In this document: positions 1 to 9,299 of the stretch, one piece after another
How positions within the stretch are numbered: the first letter of the stretch is position 1
Layout of the letters: each line of letters begins with the position of its first letter
Source of the DNA: Armatimonadota bacterium
GTDB lineage: Bacteria > Armatimonadota > HRBIN16
NCBI GenBank assembly: GCA_963677485.1
Contig: OY781964.1
Span: forward strand, 3,744,001-3,808,000
Direction of reading: 5' to 3'
DNA: 64,000 nucleotides
Program-made: the position numbers and the translations under genes
The notes under the pieces: model-generated
The model's database searches: none
What the model saw: only the letters and a program-made list of their open reading frames with translations
Told to the model about the DNA's origin: nothing

Positions 1-1
1 A

Positions 2-1282
2 CCGAAGCCGCCATCACCGGCAGATGCTATACGAAAACGGGGTCTGCTGGTAAGAGGGCCGATCCACGACTGGCACTTCTTCATGGTTGATGCCAAGCTT
101 TTCGATACTCACCCCGAATACTTTCCCATGGTCGATGGGAAGCGTACGGTGAATGGCCGCACGGCTTGTTTCTCGAACCCGAAGGCTGTGCAGATATTCA
201 TGGACAACTGGCGTGAGTATGTGCGAACCAACCGTGGTGCCTGGGATGTGATCACCTATTTCCCCGAGGATGTGCCCGATGAGCATTATTGCGGCTGCCC
301 CGAATGCATCAAGGAGCCCAACGCCAACTGGTATGCCATGCTGGTATGCAAGGCCGGGAAGATCGTGGAGGAAGAGGCACCGGGCACCAGGATGGAGTTC
401 TGCGCCTACCACTCGCTGCGGACGCCGCCGACGCGTAAGGTGGAATACCCCTCAAGCGGGCGTAACTTGATCGTGAACATGAGCCTGGGGTACGACCGCG
501 ACCTGTATGAGCCTCTGAACAGCGATAATAAGCTCAACCGGCTCGTAGATGGCATGTTGGACAAGCAGCTAGCCTATCTGGCTTCATGTGGATTCAAGGG
601 CACCGTGCTCATGCAGGACTACTACAACCTGTGCGAACTGCCTGGGATGGGGCCTAGAACCCATTCGTTCCTGTGGCCGGTCGATGTGATCAAGAAGGAC
701 ATGCAATACTACAAGAAGCGCGGGGTCACCGCCGTTGCCGACTGGGTGCTCTACAACAAGATGTGCTTCCCGAACCCATACATGATGTGGGCTTGGCTCA
801 AGGTATGGTCGGATGGCAGGGTTGATTTGGCGAAACTGGAGGCCAGGTTCTACCCGGCATATTACGGAGCTGCAGGGAGCAAGGTTCGGTCGTATATCCA
901 CCGCCTGACCGGGCTGATGCACGAGCTGGTCTCAGTTGATTACGAACGCAATCTAGTCCAACTCGAAAAGCTGGTCAAGGGCCTGGATGGTATCCGCACA
1001 TCAATGCTTTCTGAGCGCGAACGCCACCATATCGAGGTGCTGAAGGTGCATGGCCTTTACTGTGTTTTGCTGAAGAAGGCGTATCATGCCATCGTGACCG
1101 GTGGTCAGGCCCAAAGCGAGGCTTACCGGAAAGAGTTCGCGTTATTTTTCACGGAGACCCATGGCACGCTGTTGAAGGATGAGATCGACCCCAATATGTT
1201 CGGCACCGACTATTGGTGGTTTTGCGTGAACGCCTACCAGGGGTTCGACAAGACCATGGCCACCGACCAGAGGCTGCATTGA
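2..1282 (+). CDS. DUF4838-type glycoside-hydrolase-like protein, 5' end outside the window
   Basis: The frame of ORF 83..1282 is open back to position 2 (PKPPSPADAIRKRGLLVRGPIHDWHFF...). Motifs HPEYFPMVDGKR, CFSNP, FPED..YCGCPEC and AY..L..PP are typical of DUF4838 proteins. Confidence 0.7.
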   Translation, partial: PKPPSPADAIRKRGLLVRGPIHDWHFFMVDAKLFDTHPEYFPMVDGKRTVNGRTACFSNPKAVQIFMDNWREYVRTNRGAWDVITYFPEDVPDEHYCGCPECIKEPNANWYAMLVCKAGKIVEEEAPGTRMEFCAYHSLRTPPTRKVEYPSSGRNLIVNMSLGYDRDLYEPLNSDNKLNRLVDGMLDKQLAYLASCGFKGTVLMQDYYNLCELPGMGPRTHSFLWPVDVIKKDMQYYKKRGVTAVADWVLYNKMCFPNPYMMWAWLKVWSDGRVDLAKLEARFYPAYYGAAGSKVRSYIHRLTGLMHELVSVDYERNLVQLEKLVKGLDGIRTSMLSERERHHIEVLKVHGLYCVLLKKAYHAIVTGGQAQSEAYRKEFALFFTETHGTLLKDEIDPNMFGTDYWWFCVNAYQGFDKTMATDQRLH

Positions 1283-1313
1283 CCGGGTGGTATGTCATCT
1301 ATACCCTTCTAGC

Positions 1314-1483
1314 GTTGCCTAAGTCCGGGGCGGTCTGTGCGTAGGCCAGCGGCCGCAGAAGGCTCGAGACCGCGCCGGTCTGGCGGTTAGCCTCACGGGT
1401 TTGGTTTCGGGAACAAGACCGGCGCGGTCTATAGACTGTAGGCATCGCTAGCTGTCTGACAGACCGCCCCGGACATAGGCAAC
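1314..1483 (-). repeat. 170-bp nested palindromic element (REPIN/MITE-like), copy 1, opposite orientation to the other copies
   Basis: Terminal IR GTTGCCTAAGTCCGGGGCGGTCTGT...ACAGACCGCCCCGGACATAGGCAAC with inner AGACCGCGCCGGTCT/AGACCGGCGCGGTCT units. Homologous to copies at 21704, 47751 and 62612. Confidence 0.9.
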
Positions 1484-1498
1484 ACAATGATATCGTGT

Positions 1499-2818
1499 CT
1501 ATGTCAGCAAAAGGCAGGGATTCTCTAGTATCTCCTTCAGCCTGGCGAAGAACTCGGCGGCGGGAACGCCGTCCATGATCCGGTGGTCGAATGACAGGCA
1601 AAGGTTCATCATGGCGCGCTGCTTAATCTCCCCGCCGCAAATCACCTGCTTCTCTGCGATCCGACAAACGCCCAGGATGGCGGCCTGACCAGGGGTGATG
1701 ATGGGGTCGAATTGGTCGATACCATATGCACCCAGGTTGGAGATAGTGAAAGTACCCCCGGTGAAGTCATCTGGGGTCGATTTTCCCGCGCGGGCACGTG
1801 CCACGATCGCTTTCAACTGAGTGGAGATGTCGGGCAAACTCGTGGAGGTCACACTCTTGATCACAGGCACGACAAGCGCACCCTCTACCGCGGTGGCGAC
1901 TCCGATTTTGATCTGCTCGTGGATAATGATCTCCGTATCGGTCAGCGAGGAGTTTACTATGGGCCTGTCTTGGATGGCCCTACCAACAGCCTTGACGATG
2001 ATGTCTGTGTACGAGATTCGCACCCCGCCGTGGGCCTCTATGTCTTTAAGTATCCGGTTGCGGAGCGCCACGCACTCCGTCATATCTACCTCAATCACGA
2101 GGGTCACATGCGGTATACATTGGGCACTCTTCATCACATTGTCGCCGACCGCTTTGCGTCTGCCGGTGTATGGGATACTTGAACCTAGTCTTACACTACC
2201 TGGGGCTGTCTGAGCAGGGGAAACGGCCTGGTGGATGTCCGCACTGGTCACCTTGCCGCCGATACCCCTGCCGGACACCGCATGGATATCTATCCCCATC
2301 TCGGCAGCCATCTTACTGGCGAGTGGTGTGACTTTCGGTGCGGACTTGAGGTAGTCCTCCACATCCCGTTGGATGATGCGCCCGTTGGGGCCGGTGCCGC
2401 GTGATGACAACTTCATGATGTCGAGGCCATGCTCTTTGGCCACGCGTCGGGCGGCTGGTGACGCGAATAGCCTGTCAGCATCTGGCTGATCGATGACGAT
2501 GTTTGACACTTGGACATCAGATGTGTCAGGAGCCGCTTGTTCTGGAGCAGGGGTGGTGATCTCAGGCTCTATAGATTCATCAGCCGTCCCGATGATGCAG
2601 ATGGGGTCTCCCACAGGAATCACGTCATCAGCTTGTGCAGTGATCTTGCGCAGGATGCCGGTCTCTGTGGCTTCTACCTCAAGGTTCGTCTTGTCGGTCA
2701 TCACCTCAAGCAGCAACTCGCCAGCCTTAACATGATCGCCCTCGTTCTTGAACCATTGGACAATGGTGCCTTCTTCCATCGTCTGACCTAACGCGGGCAT
2801 CAATATCGTCATCGCCAT
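1499..2818 (-). CDS. Dihydrolipoamide acyltransferase (E2) of a 2-oxoacid/acetoin dehydrogenase complex
   Basis: Lipoyl domain (EVMTDKTN), two peripheral-subunit-binding repeats (ASPAARR..GTGPNGRI; VTPLASK..GIGGKV), catalytic motifs GGTFTISNLG and DHRIMDG. Confidence 0.93.
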   Translation of the reverse strand: MAMTILMPALGQTMEEGTIVQWFKNEGDHVKAGELLLEVMTDKTNLEVEATETGILRKITAQADDVIPVGDPICIIGTADESIEPEITTPAPEQAAPDTSDVQVSNIVIDQPDADRLFASPAARRVAKEHGLDIMKLSSRGTGPNGRIIQRDVEDYLKSAPKVTPLASKMAAEMGIDIHAVSGRGIGGKVTSADIHQAVSPAQTAPGSVRLGSSIPYTGRRKAVGDNVMKSAQCIPHVTLVIEVDMTECVALRNRILKDIEAHGGVRISYTDIIVKAVGRAIQDRPIVNSSLTDTEIIIHEQIKIGVATAVEGALVVPVIKSVTSTSLPDISTQLKAIVARARAGKSTPDDFTGGTFTISNLGAYGIDQFDPIITPGQAAILGVCRIAEKQVICGGEIKQRAMMNLCLSFDHRIMDGVPAAEFFARLKEILENPCLLLT

Positions 2819-2842
2819 GATTTACCATCCAATCCTGTTTGT

Positions 2843-3676
2843 CTATCGGGGAGTTGCATCGGGAAGGCCGCCGTCCACCGGAATGGTGGCGCCTGTGGTG
2901 GGCGTCTGGTGCGACACCAGGAACAACACCGCATTCGCCACGTGTTCTGCGGTGACTTGCGCTTTCAACAGGTTGCGGCTCTGGTAATACTCCTCCAGCC
3001 CCTTCTCGTCCAGCCCACGTGCCTTCATTCTGCCCGGCCCTACCTCTTGCCATAGACCTGACTTGCGGGCACCATCGGAAAACACCGCATCGGGTGCGAC
3101 CATGTTCACACGCACGCCGATGGGGGCCAGTTCCAGGCTGGCGATGCGCGCCAACTGGTGCGCCGCGGCCTTGGTCGCGCTGTAGGCACCAAATGTGGCT
3201 CCCGGAGCAAACACGTTCTTGGTAGAAACAAGCACGATGTCGCCGCCATCGCCTTGCTCTTCAAACACGCGCGCCATCTCGCTCAAGACCAACAACGTGC
3301 CCTCGACATTGATCTTTTCCAACTTTTGGAACGCCGTCAGTGCCATATCTTTCAGTGATGACACATGTGCCACTCCGGCATTTATGACGGCGATCTCGAT
3401 GCTTTTCCATTGTGACTTGATGACCACCACTGCTTCAGCAACCGAAGCCGGGTCGGTCACGTCCATCGGCACGCCGATGACCCGGTCTCCAAATCGGGCA
3501 GACAACTCCGCCACCAAGCCATCCAGCCGCTCGCCTGGCAAGTCGGTGACGGCCACTCGGCAGTTCGCCTCAAGCAAGCCGCGGCTGATGCCTGCGCCTA
3601 TCGCGCCTGCGGCTCCGGTCACAAACGCCACGCGCCCATCTAGGTCGTAACGGCATACTGCTTTTTTGTAACTCAT
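2843..3676 (-). CDS. Short-chain dehydrogenase resembling the SDR domain of bifunctional rhamnulose-1-P aldolase/SDR (RhaEW type)
   Basis: TGAAGAIG Rossmann motif, NAG, YSATK catalytic motif. STKN..APG, VNMVAPDAVF, SGLW and YYQSRNLLK are characteristic of the RhaEW C-terminal domain. Confidence 0.85.
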   Translation of the reverse strand: MSYKKAVCRYDLDGRVAFVTGAAGAIGAGISRGLLEANCRVAVTDLPGERLDGLVAELSARFGDRVIGVPMDVTDPASVAEAVVVIKSQWKSIEIAVINAGVAHVSSLKDMALTAFQKLEKINVEGTLLVLSEMARVFEEQGDGGDIVLVSTKNVFAPGATFGAYSATKAAAHQLARIASLELAPIGVRVNMVAPDAVFSDGARKSGLWQEVGPGRMKARGLDEKGLEEYYQSRNLLKAQVTAEHVANAVLFLVSHQTPTTGATIPVDGGLPDATPR

Positions 3677-4389
3677 TTGGCACTCCTGATGATATTTAAC
3701 ATCGATATGGCGTTATCGTGGGGTGTCTTACCATCGTATACAGCACTTCCGGTGACCACCACATCCGCGCCCAGTTTCGCAATCTCTACGATGTTCTCTT
3801 TAGTGATTCCGCCATCCAGGCAGATCAGAATATCTCTATCGGCAATAAGTGTGCGCAACTGTACCATTCGTTCGGACGTGGCGGCGATGAACTTCTGACC
3901 GCCCCAGCCCGGGTTGATGCCCAGCAGTGTGACCATCTCGATCTCATCGAGCAGCGGCTCGATGGCCTGCATGGGTGTTCCTGGGTTGATGGCTAACCCG
4001 CGGACAATCCCTCTGTCTGGGTCGTTCGCATTCGCCATCTTACCCAGAGCTTGGAACACGCGATGGATATGGGTTGGTTCGCTTTCCCAATGCACAGTGA
4101 GAATATCCGCACCGGCAGCCACAAAATCTGCAAGTTTGTTCAGCGGCTCATTGATCATCAGGTGGATGTCTTTGAGCAAATTCGTCTTGATTCCCTTGAT
4201 GAACGGCGGGCCTATTGTCATGGACGGGCAGAAACACCCGTCCATGACATCGAAATGGAGGATGCCGACCCCCGTGTTCTCCAGAGCCGTCAGCTCATCC
4301 CCAAGCTTCATCATACTGGCGGTCAGTATGCCGACACTAATTGAAGGTGTCAAGGCTCTGAGTGTTTGCATCACGGGAGTAAGCGGCAT
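3673..4389 (-). CDS. rpe: Ribulose-phosphate 3-epimerase family protein
   Basis: HFDVMDG, DIHLMI, TVHWE, INPGT, NPGWGGQKF, LDGGI, VTGSAV. Start placed at ATG 4389, 1 nt from the lsrF stop, instead of the ORF-track start at 4455. Confidence 0.88.
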   Translation of the reverse strand: MPLTPVMQTLRALTPSISVGILTASMMKLGDELTALENTGVGILHFDVMDGCFCPSMTIGPPFIKGIKTNLLKDIHLMINEPLNKLADFVAAGADILTVHWESEPTHIHRVFQALGKMANANDPDRGIVRGLAINPGTPMQAIEPLLDEIEMVTLLGINPGWGGQKFIAATSERMVQLRTLIADRDILICLDGGITKENIVEIAKLGADVVVTGSAVYDGKTPHDNAISMLNIIRSAK

Positions 4390-4390
4390 G

Positions 4391-5272
4391 TCAGGCCTTC
4401 CTGTTTTTCTCGGTGAGATAGAATTCGTAGGCGTGTTCAGCGCATAGCCCTTCATGAACCACCTTGCGCACGGCCTGGATCATAGGAATGGGGCACTCGG
4501 CTTGGAAGATGTTGCGGCCCATGTCCACGCCGCAAGCTCCCTGTTGGATCGCGTTGTAGGCCATCTTCAAGGCGTCAAGCTCGGGCAGCTTCTTGCCGCC
4601 GGCTATCACGATTGGCACGGGGCATGAGGCCGCCACGGTGTCGAAACCCTCTTCCACGTAGTAGGTCTTCACGTAGGTTGCTCCCAGTTCGGCGCACATG
4701 CGGGTGGCGAGCCTCATATAGCGTGCGTCGCGCGCCATATCCTTGCCAACAGCGGTGACGCCCAGGGTGGCGATGCCGTAGCGGTTGCCCATGTCGACCA
4801 GCCTGGTCATGTTATGAATGGACTGCGACTCGTATTCGCCACCCACAAACACCTGCACGGCCATCGCCGCGACGTTCAAACGGATCGCTTCGTCGATGTC
4901 GATGGCGATCTGCTCATTGGATAGCTCCTTCAGGATGCTCGGTCCGCCGCTGGCTCGCAGCACGATGCCGCGGGTAAACGTGGGAGGGATCACCGAGCGC
5001 AGCACCCCGCGGGTGAGCATTAGGGTGTCAGCGTAGGGGAGTAGCGGCAGGATGTTGACGTCAATTCTTTCAAGGCCGGTGGTCGGTCCCTGGAAATATC
5101 CGTGGTCGATGGCCAGCATGACTGTCTTGTTTGTGTTGGGATCGAAAATCTGGGATAGCCTGTTTTTCAGGCCCCAGTCCAGGTTATTGCATCCCTTTAG
5201 CGGGTAGACCGTATTGGTCTGTGGGATATCCAGATAGAAGTTTTTCTCTTCGCGTGCATCTGCTTCCGGCAT
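4391..5272 (-). CDS. lsrF: LsrF-type 3-hydroxy-5-phosphooxypentane-2,4-dione thiolase (class I aldolase fold)
   Basis: [68 protein letters not shown] and [10 protein letters not shown] are hallmark LsrF segments. SD AAGGAG upstream. Confidence 0.92.
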   Translation of the reverse strand: MPEADAREEKNFYLDIPQTNTVYPLKGCNNLDWGLKNRLSQIFDPNTNKTVMLAIDHGYFQGPTTGLERIDVNILPLLPYADTLMLTRGVLRSVIPPTFTRGIVLRASGGPSILKELSNEQIAIDIDEAIRLNVAAMAVQVFVGGEYESQSIHNMTRLVDMGNRYGIATLGVTAVGKDMARDARYMRLATRMCAELGATYVKTYYVEEGFDTVAASCPVPIVIAGGKKLPELDALKMAYNAIQQGACGVDMGRNIFQAECPIPMIQAVRKVVHEGLCAEHAYEFYLTEKNRKA

Positions 5273-5314
5273 TCTGATCTCCTTCTGTGGGCCTTCTTGG
5301 TTGGTTATCTCAAG

Positions 5315-5329
5315 TGATGAAATTCATCA
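5315..5329. promoter_or_regulatory. Palindrome TGATGAA-A-TTCATCA, candidate operator downstream of the leftward promoter
   Basis: Perfect 7-bp inverted repeat in the divergent intergenic region. Confidence 0.45.
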
Positions 5330-5339
5330 GAACTATCAC

Positions 5340-5373
5340 TTGACAATGTAACATCCTTACAGTATCCTGTCAA
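5340..5373. promoter_or_regulatory. Overlapping divergent sigma70 promoters
   Basis: + strand: TTGACA(5340)-17 nt-TATCCT(5363). - strand: TTGACA(5373-5368)-17 nt-TACATT(5350-5345). Confidence 0.7.
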
Positions 5374-5377
5374 GTAG

Positions 5378-5397
5378 TGAAATGACATTACATTTCA
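5378..5397. promoter_or_regulatory. Candidate RpiR-family operator TGAAATG-N6-CATTTCA
   Basis: Perfect 7-bp IR just downstream of the rightward -10. TGAAA..TTTCA resembles RpiR/MurR-family boxes. Confidence 0.55.
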
Positions 5398-5417
5398 TCA
5401 ACGACAAAGAGGGTTAT

Positions 5418-6305
5418 ATGACACCGGAAATAGATGCATCTAAAACTGAATTATCGAAGGGCACGGTCTTTTCCCGCATCCAAAGTATGTCCGCCAGCGG
5501 CAAAAAAAGTGTGACGGCCATCTCCGCATATGTGCTTCAGCATTCTGAGGCTGTGCTTCAGATGACCCTAACTGAACTGGCCACCCGTGTGGGCACCAGC
5601 GTGGCGAGTATCAGCCGTTATTGCAGCATGCTGGGTTATGAGAACTATCGGGCGTTTCAGATCGACCTGACTGCCTCCCTGGCTAATAACGCCACTTCCG
5701 TATCTGACCTGTTTGGATCGGAAGATGATACATCGACCATCATCAAGCGGGTTTTTGAGATGAATCGGCAGGGACTGGCCGACACAGAATCGCTGATGAA
5801 GCATGATGATATGGTAGAGGTGGCGAAACTCATCACCGCATCTCGAAGACTGTGTCTGCTGGGAATAGGCAGTTCAGGGCTGGTAGCCAGATCAAGTGCG
5901 CTAAAGCTGGCCAGTCTGGGTATTACAGCACTGGCGATTACCGACCCCTATGAGGGGATACTCACCCTCTCATCATCAACATGCGAGGACGTGTTGATAG
6001 CCATCAGCCACTCTGGACGCAGCGGACTCATCATTGAGCTGCTTGAGATTGCCAAAGAGAAAGGTGCCCGCACGGTGGGGATCACCAACTACTCAGACAC
6101 CACACTCGCCAACCAGTGCGAGTTCACTTTCCTGACCTCATTCCGTGAACGGCGCATCAATGCCGCCGTCTCCTCATCCAGCATTGAGCAGTTGTGCATT
6201 TTAGATGCGCTCTATTTTCTGATCGCACACCTGCAAGGGCCGATATCTGAATCAATGGTAATGGAAATCGAGACGAACGCAGAACGAATCATCCGAGCAA
6301 GGTAA
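5418..6305 (+). CDS. RpiR/MurR family transcriptional regulator (HTH + SIS domain)
   Basis: TLTELATRVGTSVASISRYCSMLGYENY helix-turn-helix, then GIGSSG, ISHSG, ITN and CILDALY SIS motifs. SD AGAGGG before ATG 5418. Confidence 0.92.
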   Translation: MTPEIDASKTELSKGTVFSRIQSMSASGKKSVTAISAYVLQHSEAVLQMTLTELATRVGTSVASISRYCSMLGYENYRAFQIDLTASLANNATSVSDLFGSEDDTSTIIKRVFEMNRQGLADTESLMKHDDMVEVAKLITASRRLCLLGIGSSGLVARSSALKLASLGITALAITDPYEGILTLSSSTCEDVLIAISHSGRSGLIIELLEIAKEKGARTVGITNYSDTTLANQCEFTFLTSFRERRINAAVSSSSIEQLCILDALYFLIAHLQGPISESMVMEIETNAERIIRAR

Positions 6306-6334
6306 CATACCAAACACACAAGGAGAACCTGTAG

Positions 6335-7678
6335 ATGTATCAAACCTATTACAACCCTGAAATCTTCTGCCAGACCTTCGATGGTATCGACCGTGACAAA
6401 TATGTGGTCGCCACATATTACATGGATGACTGCTTGCCTGGCGAGGATTTCATCGACCATTTTGCACTCGTTCAGGCGATGGCCCTGGAAGGCTCCACCG
6501 GCACATGGGAGAAGGTCGAAGAAGACACGCCCGAAATGCGCGAGGTCTATTCCTCCAAGATGGTGGGTTATTTTGAGCTGCCGTCGGATGACCCCAGCCG
6601 AAAACGGGCGATCGTTCAGCTTGCCTTCCCGCTGGCCGCATGGGGCAACAACATCACGATGATGCTTCTGGCCATCGCGGGCAACTGTTTTGCTTACAGC
6701 CCTTCGATTCGACTGCTGGACGTCTATCTCGGTGAGAACATTCTTAAGGGGTTCCAAGGACCGAAATTCGGCGTGCAGGGCATCCGCGACATCCTCGGTG
6801 TGGAAAAACGGCCTCTGTCGCTTCATATCATCAAGCCCAAAATGGGGATGACACCCGAGCAGGTGGCTCATCAGTGTTATCAGACCGCTATCGGCGGTGT
6901 CGACATGATGAAAGACGACGAGATGACCTCGGATGTCTCCAACAGCAATTACCTTGATCGTCTTAAAGCGGTGAATATCGCGCTGGACAAAGCGGAGAGC
7001 GAGACGGGCAAGCGCCCTATCTATCTGCTATCCATCACCCACGAGCCAGAAAAGATGAAAGAGCGTGCCTACAAGGCGATTGATGCTGGTGCTAACGGGC
7101 TGCTGGTCACCTATTCGGCTGGCCTGGGCGCATTGCGCGAACTGACCGAAGACCCCAAGATCAATGTGCCTGTGATGCTGCACGCCTCGCATATGATCGC
7201 TTCGTTGAAGAGCGTGTCATGGCCGGTAGGTGCCAAACTCTGCCGCCTGTGCGGTGCTGACCTTATGCTCACACCCACCATGTGGAGCTCCATCCCCATG
7301 GTGTCGCTTGAAGAGGGCGTACGCACCAGTCACATGCAGTTGGCACCTCTCGCTCACATCAAGCCGACCTTCGCGATGCCTTGCGCCGGGGTCTACCCAG
7401 GGCTGGCTCCCATCCTGGTCGGCGAATACGGCACGGATATCGTGATCCCCGCCGGTGGAGGGATGCTCGGGCACCCGGACGGCTACACCGCCGGTGCGAA
7501 GTCCTGGCAGCAGGCGATCGCTGCCACGATGAGCGATGAACCATTCATCGAGTATGCCAAACGGCCAGAGTGCGGTGAGCTCAGGAGAGCCATCAGCAAG
7601 TGGGGATACCTTGAGCGACCGAAGAGCCCATGGCTGCGTGTGGCACCAAAGTTCCACCCGAAGCATATGGAGCTGTAG
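6335..7678 (+). CDS. RuBisCO-like protein (Form IV RLP)
   Basis: EGSTGTW, AGNCF, GPKFG..GIR, IIKPKMG, GGVDMMKDDE and AGGGMLGHPDG. Lacks the R295, H327 and K334 equivalents of carboxylating RuBisCO. SD AAGGAG. Confidence 0.95.
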   Translation: MYQTYYNPEIFCQTFDGIDRDKYVVATYYMDDCLPGEDFIDHFALVQAMALEGSTGTWEKVEEDTPEMREVYSSKMVGYFELPSDDPSRKRAIVQLAFPLAAWGNNITMMLLAIAGNCFAYSPSIRLLDVYLGENILKGFQGPKFGVQGIRDILGVEKRPLSLHIIKPKMGMTPEQVAHQCYQTAIGGVDMMKDDEMTSDVSNSNYLDRLKAVNIALDKAESETGKRPIYLLSITHEPEKMKERAYKAIDAGANGLLVTYSAGLGALRELTEDPKINVPVMLHASHMIASLKSVSWPVGAKLCRLCGADLMLTPTMWSSIPMVSLEEGVRTSHMQLAPLAHIKPTFAMPCAGVYPGLAPILVGEYGTDIVIPAGGGMLGHPDGYTAGAKSWQQAIAATMSDEPFIEYAKRPECGELRRAISKWGYLERPKSPWLRVAPKFHPKHMEL

Positions 7679-7690
7679 AGTTCCTTCTAG

Positions 7691-7729
7691 ATGGGGGTAG
7701 ATCATCAGACACAGTTGATCTACTCCCGT
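7691..7729 (+). other. Intra-operon 14-bp stem-loop after the RLP gene (possible mRNA stabiliser)
   Basis: ATGGGGGTAGATCA / TGATCTACTCCCGT pair with two G-U pairs. No U-tract. Confidence 0.45.
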
Positions 7730-7809
7730 ATCCCGACCAACACATACCGGCAGCTTACCGACCATGTGCGCAGATTGATGTGCCGCACACCTATACAGGG
7801 GAATGATCG

Positions 7810-9297
7810 ATGACGACGGCAAAGCGGTTTTTGGCATATGACATTGGGGCATCTAACGGACGGGCCGTGGTGGGGGAATTTGATGGCGAGAAACTAACCT
7901 GTCGCGACATCTACCATTTCCCTAACGACCCCGTGCATGTGCCAGGTGGATTTCACTGGGATATTTTTCGGCTGTTTCACGAGGTCAAGCAGGCATTATG
8001 GGCTTACCGTTCGGAATGCGGTAGTGAGCTGGATGGCATCGGGATTGACACCTGGGGAGTGGACTTCGGCCTATTCGACAGAAACGGCAGACTGCTGGGA
8101 AATCCGCACCACTACCGTGACAGCCGCTGCGACGGCGCCGCCGAGGAACTCAGGCAGATCATCAACGGGTATGAGCTGTTTCAGCAGACCGGTGTGGCGA
8201 TTCAACAGGTAGCCACTATCACTCAGATGTATGCGTATGCGAAGAACAAGTCGCCCCTGCTGGAGGTGGCCAAGTCGTTCTTGATGATACCGAGTATCTT
8301 CAACTACTACCTGACCGGCGAGAAGGTGGATGAGCATTCCAATATATCCAATACCGCCTTGCTGGCCATCAAGGACAACGCCCCTGCCAAGGGGGTGCTG
8401 AGTGCCATCGGCATCTCGCGCAATATCCTGCCTCGGTTTGTGATGCCTGGAGACACCATAGGATTGCTTCGAGGACGGGTGGCGGATGAGCTAGGTATGG
8501 GTTCGGTGCCGGTTTTTGCTCCAGCGACGCACGACTCCGCGAGTGCGGTGCTATCGATACCGGCTGATCCCACCACCAACTGGGCGTTTTTGAGCTGCGG
8601 AACCTGGTCGGTGCTGGGTGTAGAGACCGATAAGCCGATTCTCGGTCCCCGCGCCTATGAGCTGAACCTCACGAGTGCCGCCACCGCTGACGGCAAGTAT
8701 ATGTCGCGCTTCAATATCAACGGGCTTTGGATATTGCAGGAGATTCGCAGGGCGTGGGAGGGGCAGGGCAGCCGGATGAACTGGAAGGGCATGGTGCGTG
8801 TGGTGGCATCCACTGAGCCGTTCACCGCGTTCATCGATGTGGACGACCCTGCCTTCGCCGATCCGGTAGATATGCCCACGGCGATCATTGAGTATTTGAC
8901 AGCTACAGAGCAGCGGATTCCGGGCGATAAGGGCACGATGGTGCGTATTGTGCTGGAGAGTCTGGCAATGAAATATCGCTTCCTGCTGCGCCAGATCAAA
9001 GAGCTGTCTGGGAAGCCGATTGACGTGCTGCACATCGTGGGTGGTGGTGTGAAGAACACAGTGCTGTGCAGCCTGACAGCCAGCGCGGTCGGGATTCCGG
9101 TTGTGGCCGGCCCTATGGAGGCAACCTGCAGCGGAAACCTGCTTACCCAGATGATGGGTGCAGGCATTGTAAAGACGATAGACGAGGGGCGCATGTTGCT
9201 GCGTTCCTCCTACGACCTGACTTTGTACAAGCCACACCGTGCTAAAGCATGGGACGAGGCCTATCAACGATACCTGACAGTGACAGGGAGGAAATAG
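7810..9297 (+). CDS. rhaB: Rhamnulokinase-like FGGY carbohydrate kinase
   Basis: LAYDIGASNGR, GIDTWGVDF, YRDSR, ATHDSASAV, LSCGTWSVLG, NINGLWILQE, ESLA, IVGGG, GPMEAT..GN. Confidence 0.88.
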   Translation: MTTAKRFLAYDIGASNGRAVVGEFDGEKLTCRDIYHFPNDPVHVPGGFHWDIFRLFHEVKQALWAYRSECGSELDGIGIDTWGVDFGLFDRNGRLLGNPHHYRDSRCDGAAEELRQIINGYELFQQTGVAIQQVATITQMYAYAKNKSPLLEVAKSFLMIPSIFNYYLTGEKVDEHSNISNTALLAIKDNAPAKGVLSAIGISRNILPRFVMPGDTIGLLRGRVADELGMGSVPVFAPATHDSASAVLSIPADPTTNWAFLSCGTWSVLGVETDKPILGPRAYELNLTSAATADGKYMSRFNINGLWILQEIRRAWEGQGSRMNWKGMVRVVASTEPFTAFIDVDDPAFADPVDMPTAIIEYLTATEQRIPGDKGTMVRIVLESLAMKYRFLLRQIKELSGKPIDVLHIVGGGVKNTVLCSLTASAVGIPVVAGPMEATCSGNLLTQMMGAGIVKTIDEGRMLLRSSYDLTLYKPHRAKAWDEAYQRYLTVTGRK

Positions 9298-9299
9298 AA

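Noticed and set aside
1299-1601. Short ORFs 1299..1601, 47780..48097 and 62679..63095, the first two sharing YRPRRSCSR...AQTAPD
   Set aside because: The similarity comes from reading through the 170-bp palindromic repeat. There is no SD, and start/stop positions differ between copies.
6335-7678. CO2-fixing RuBisCO / Calvin cycle locus
   Set aside because: R295, H327 and K334 equivalents are missing, there is no small subunit or phosphoribulokinase, and the context is catabolic.
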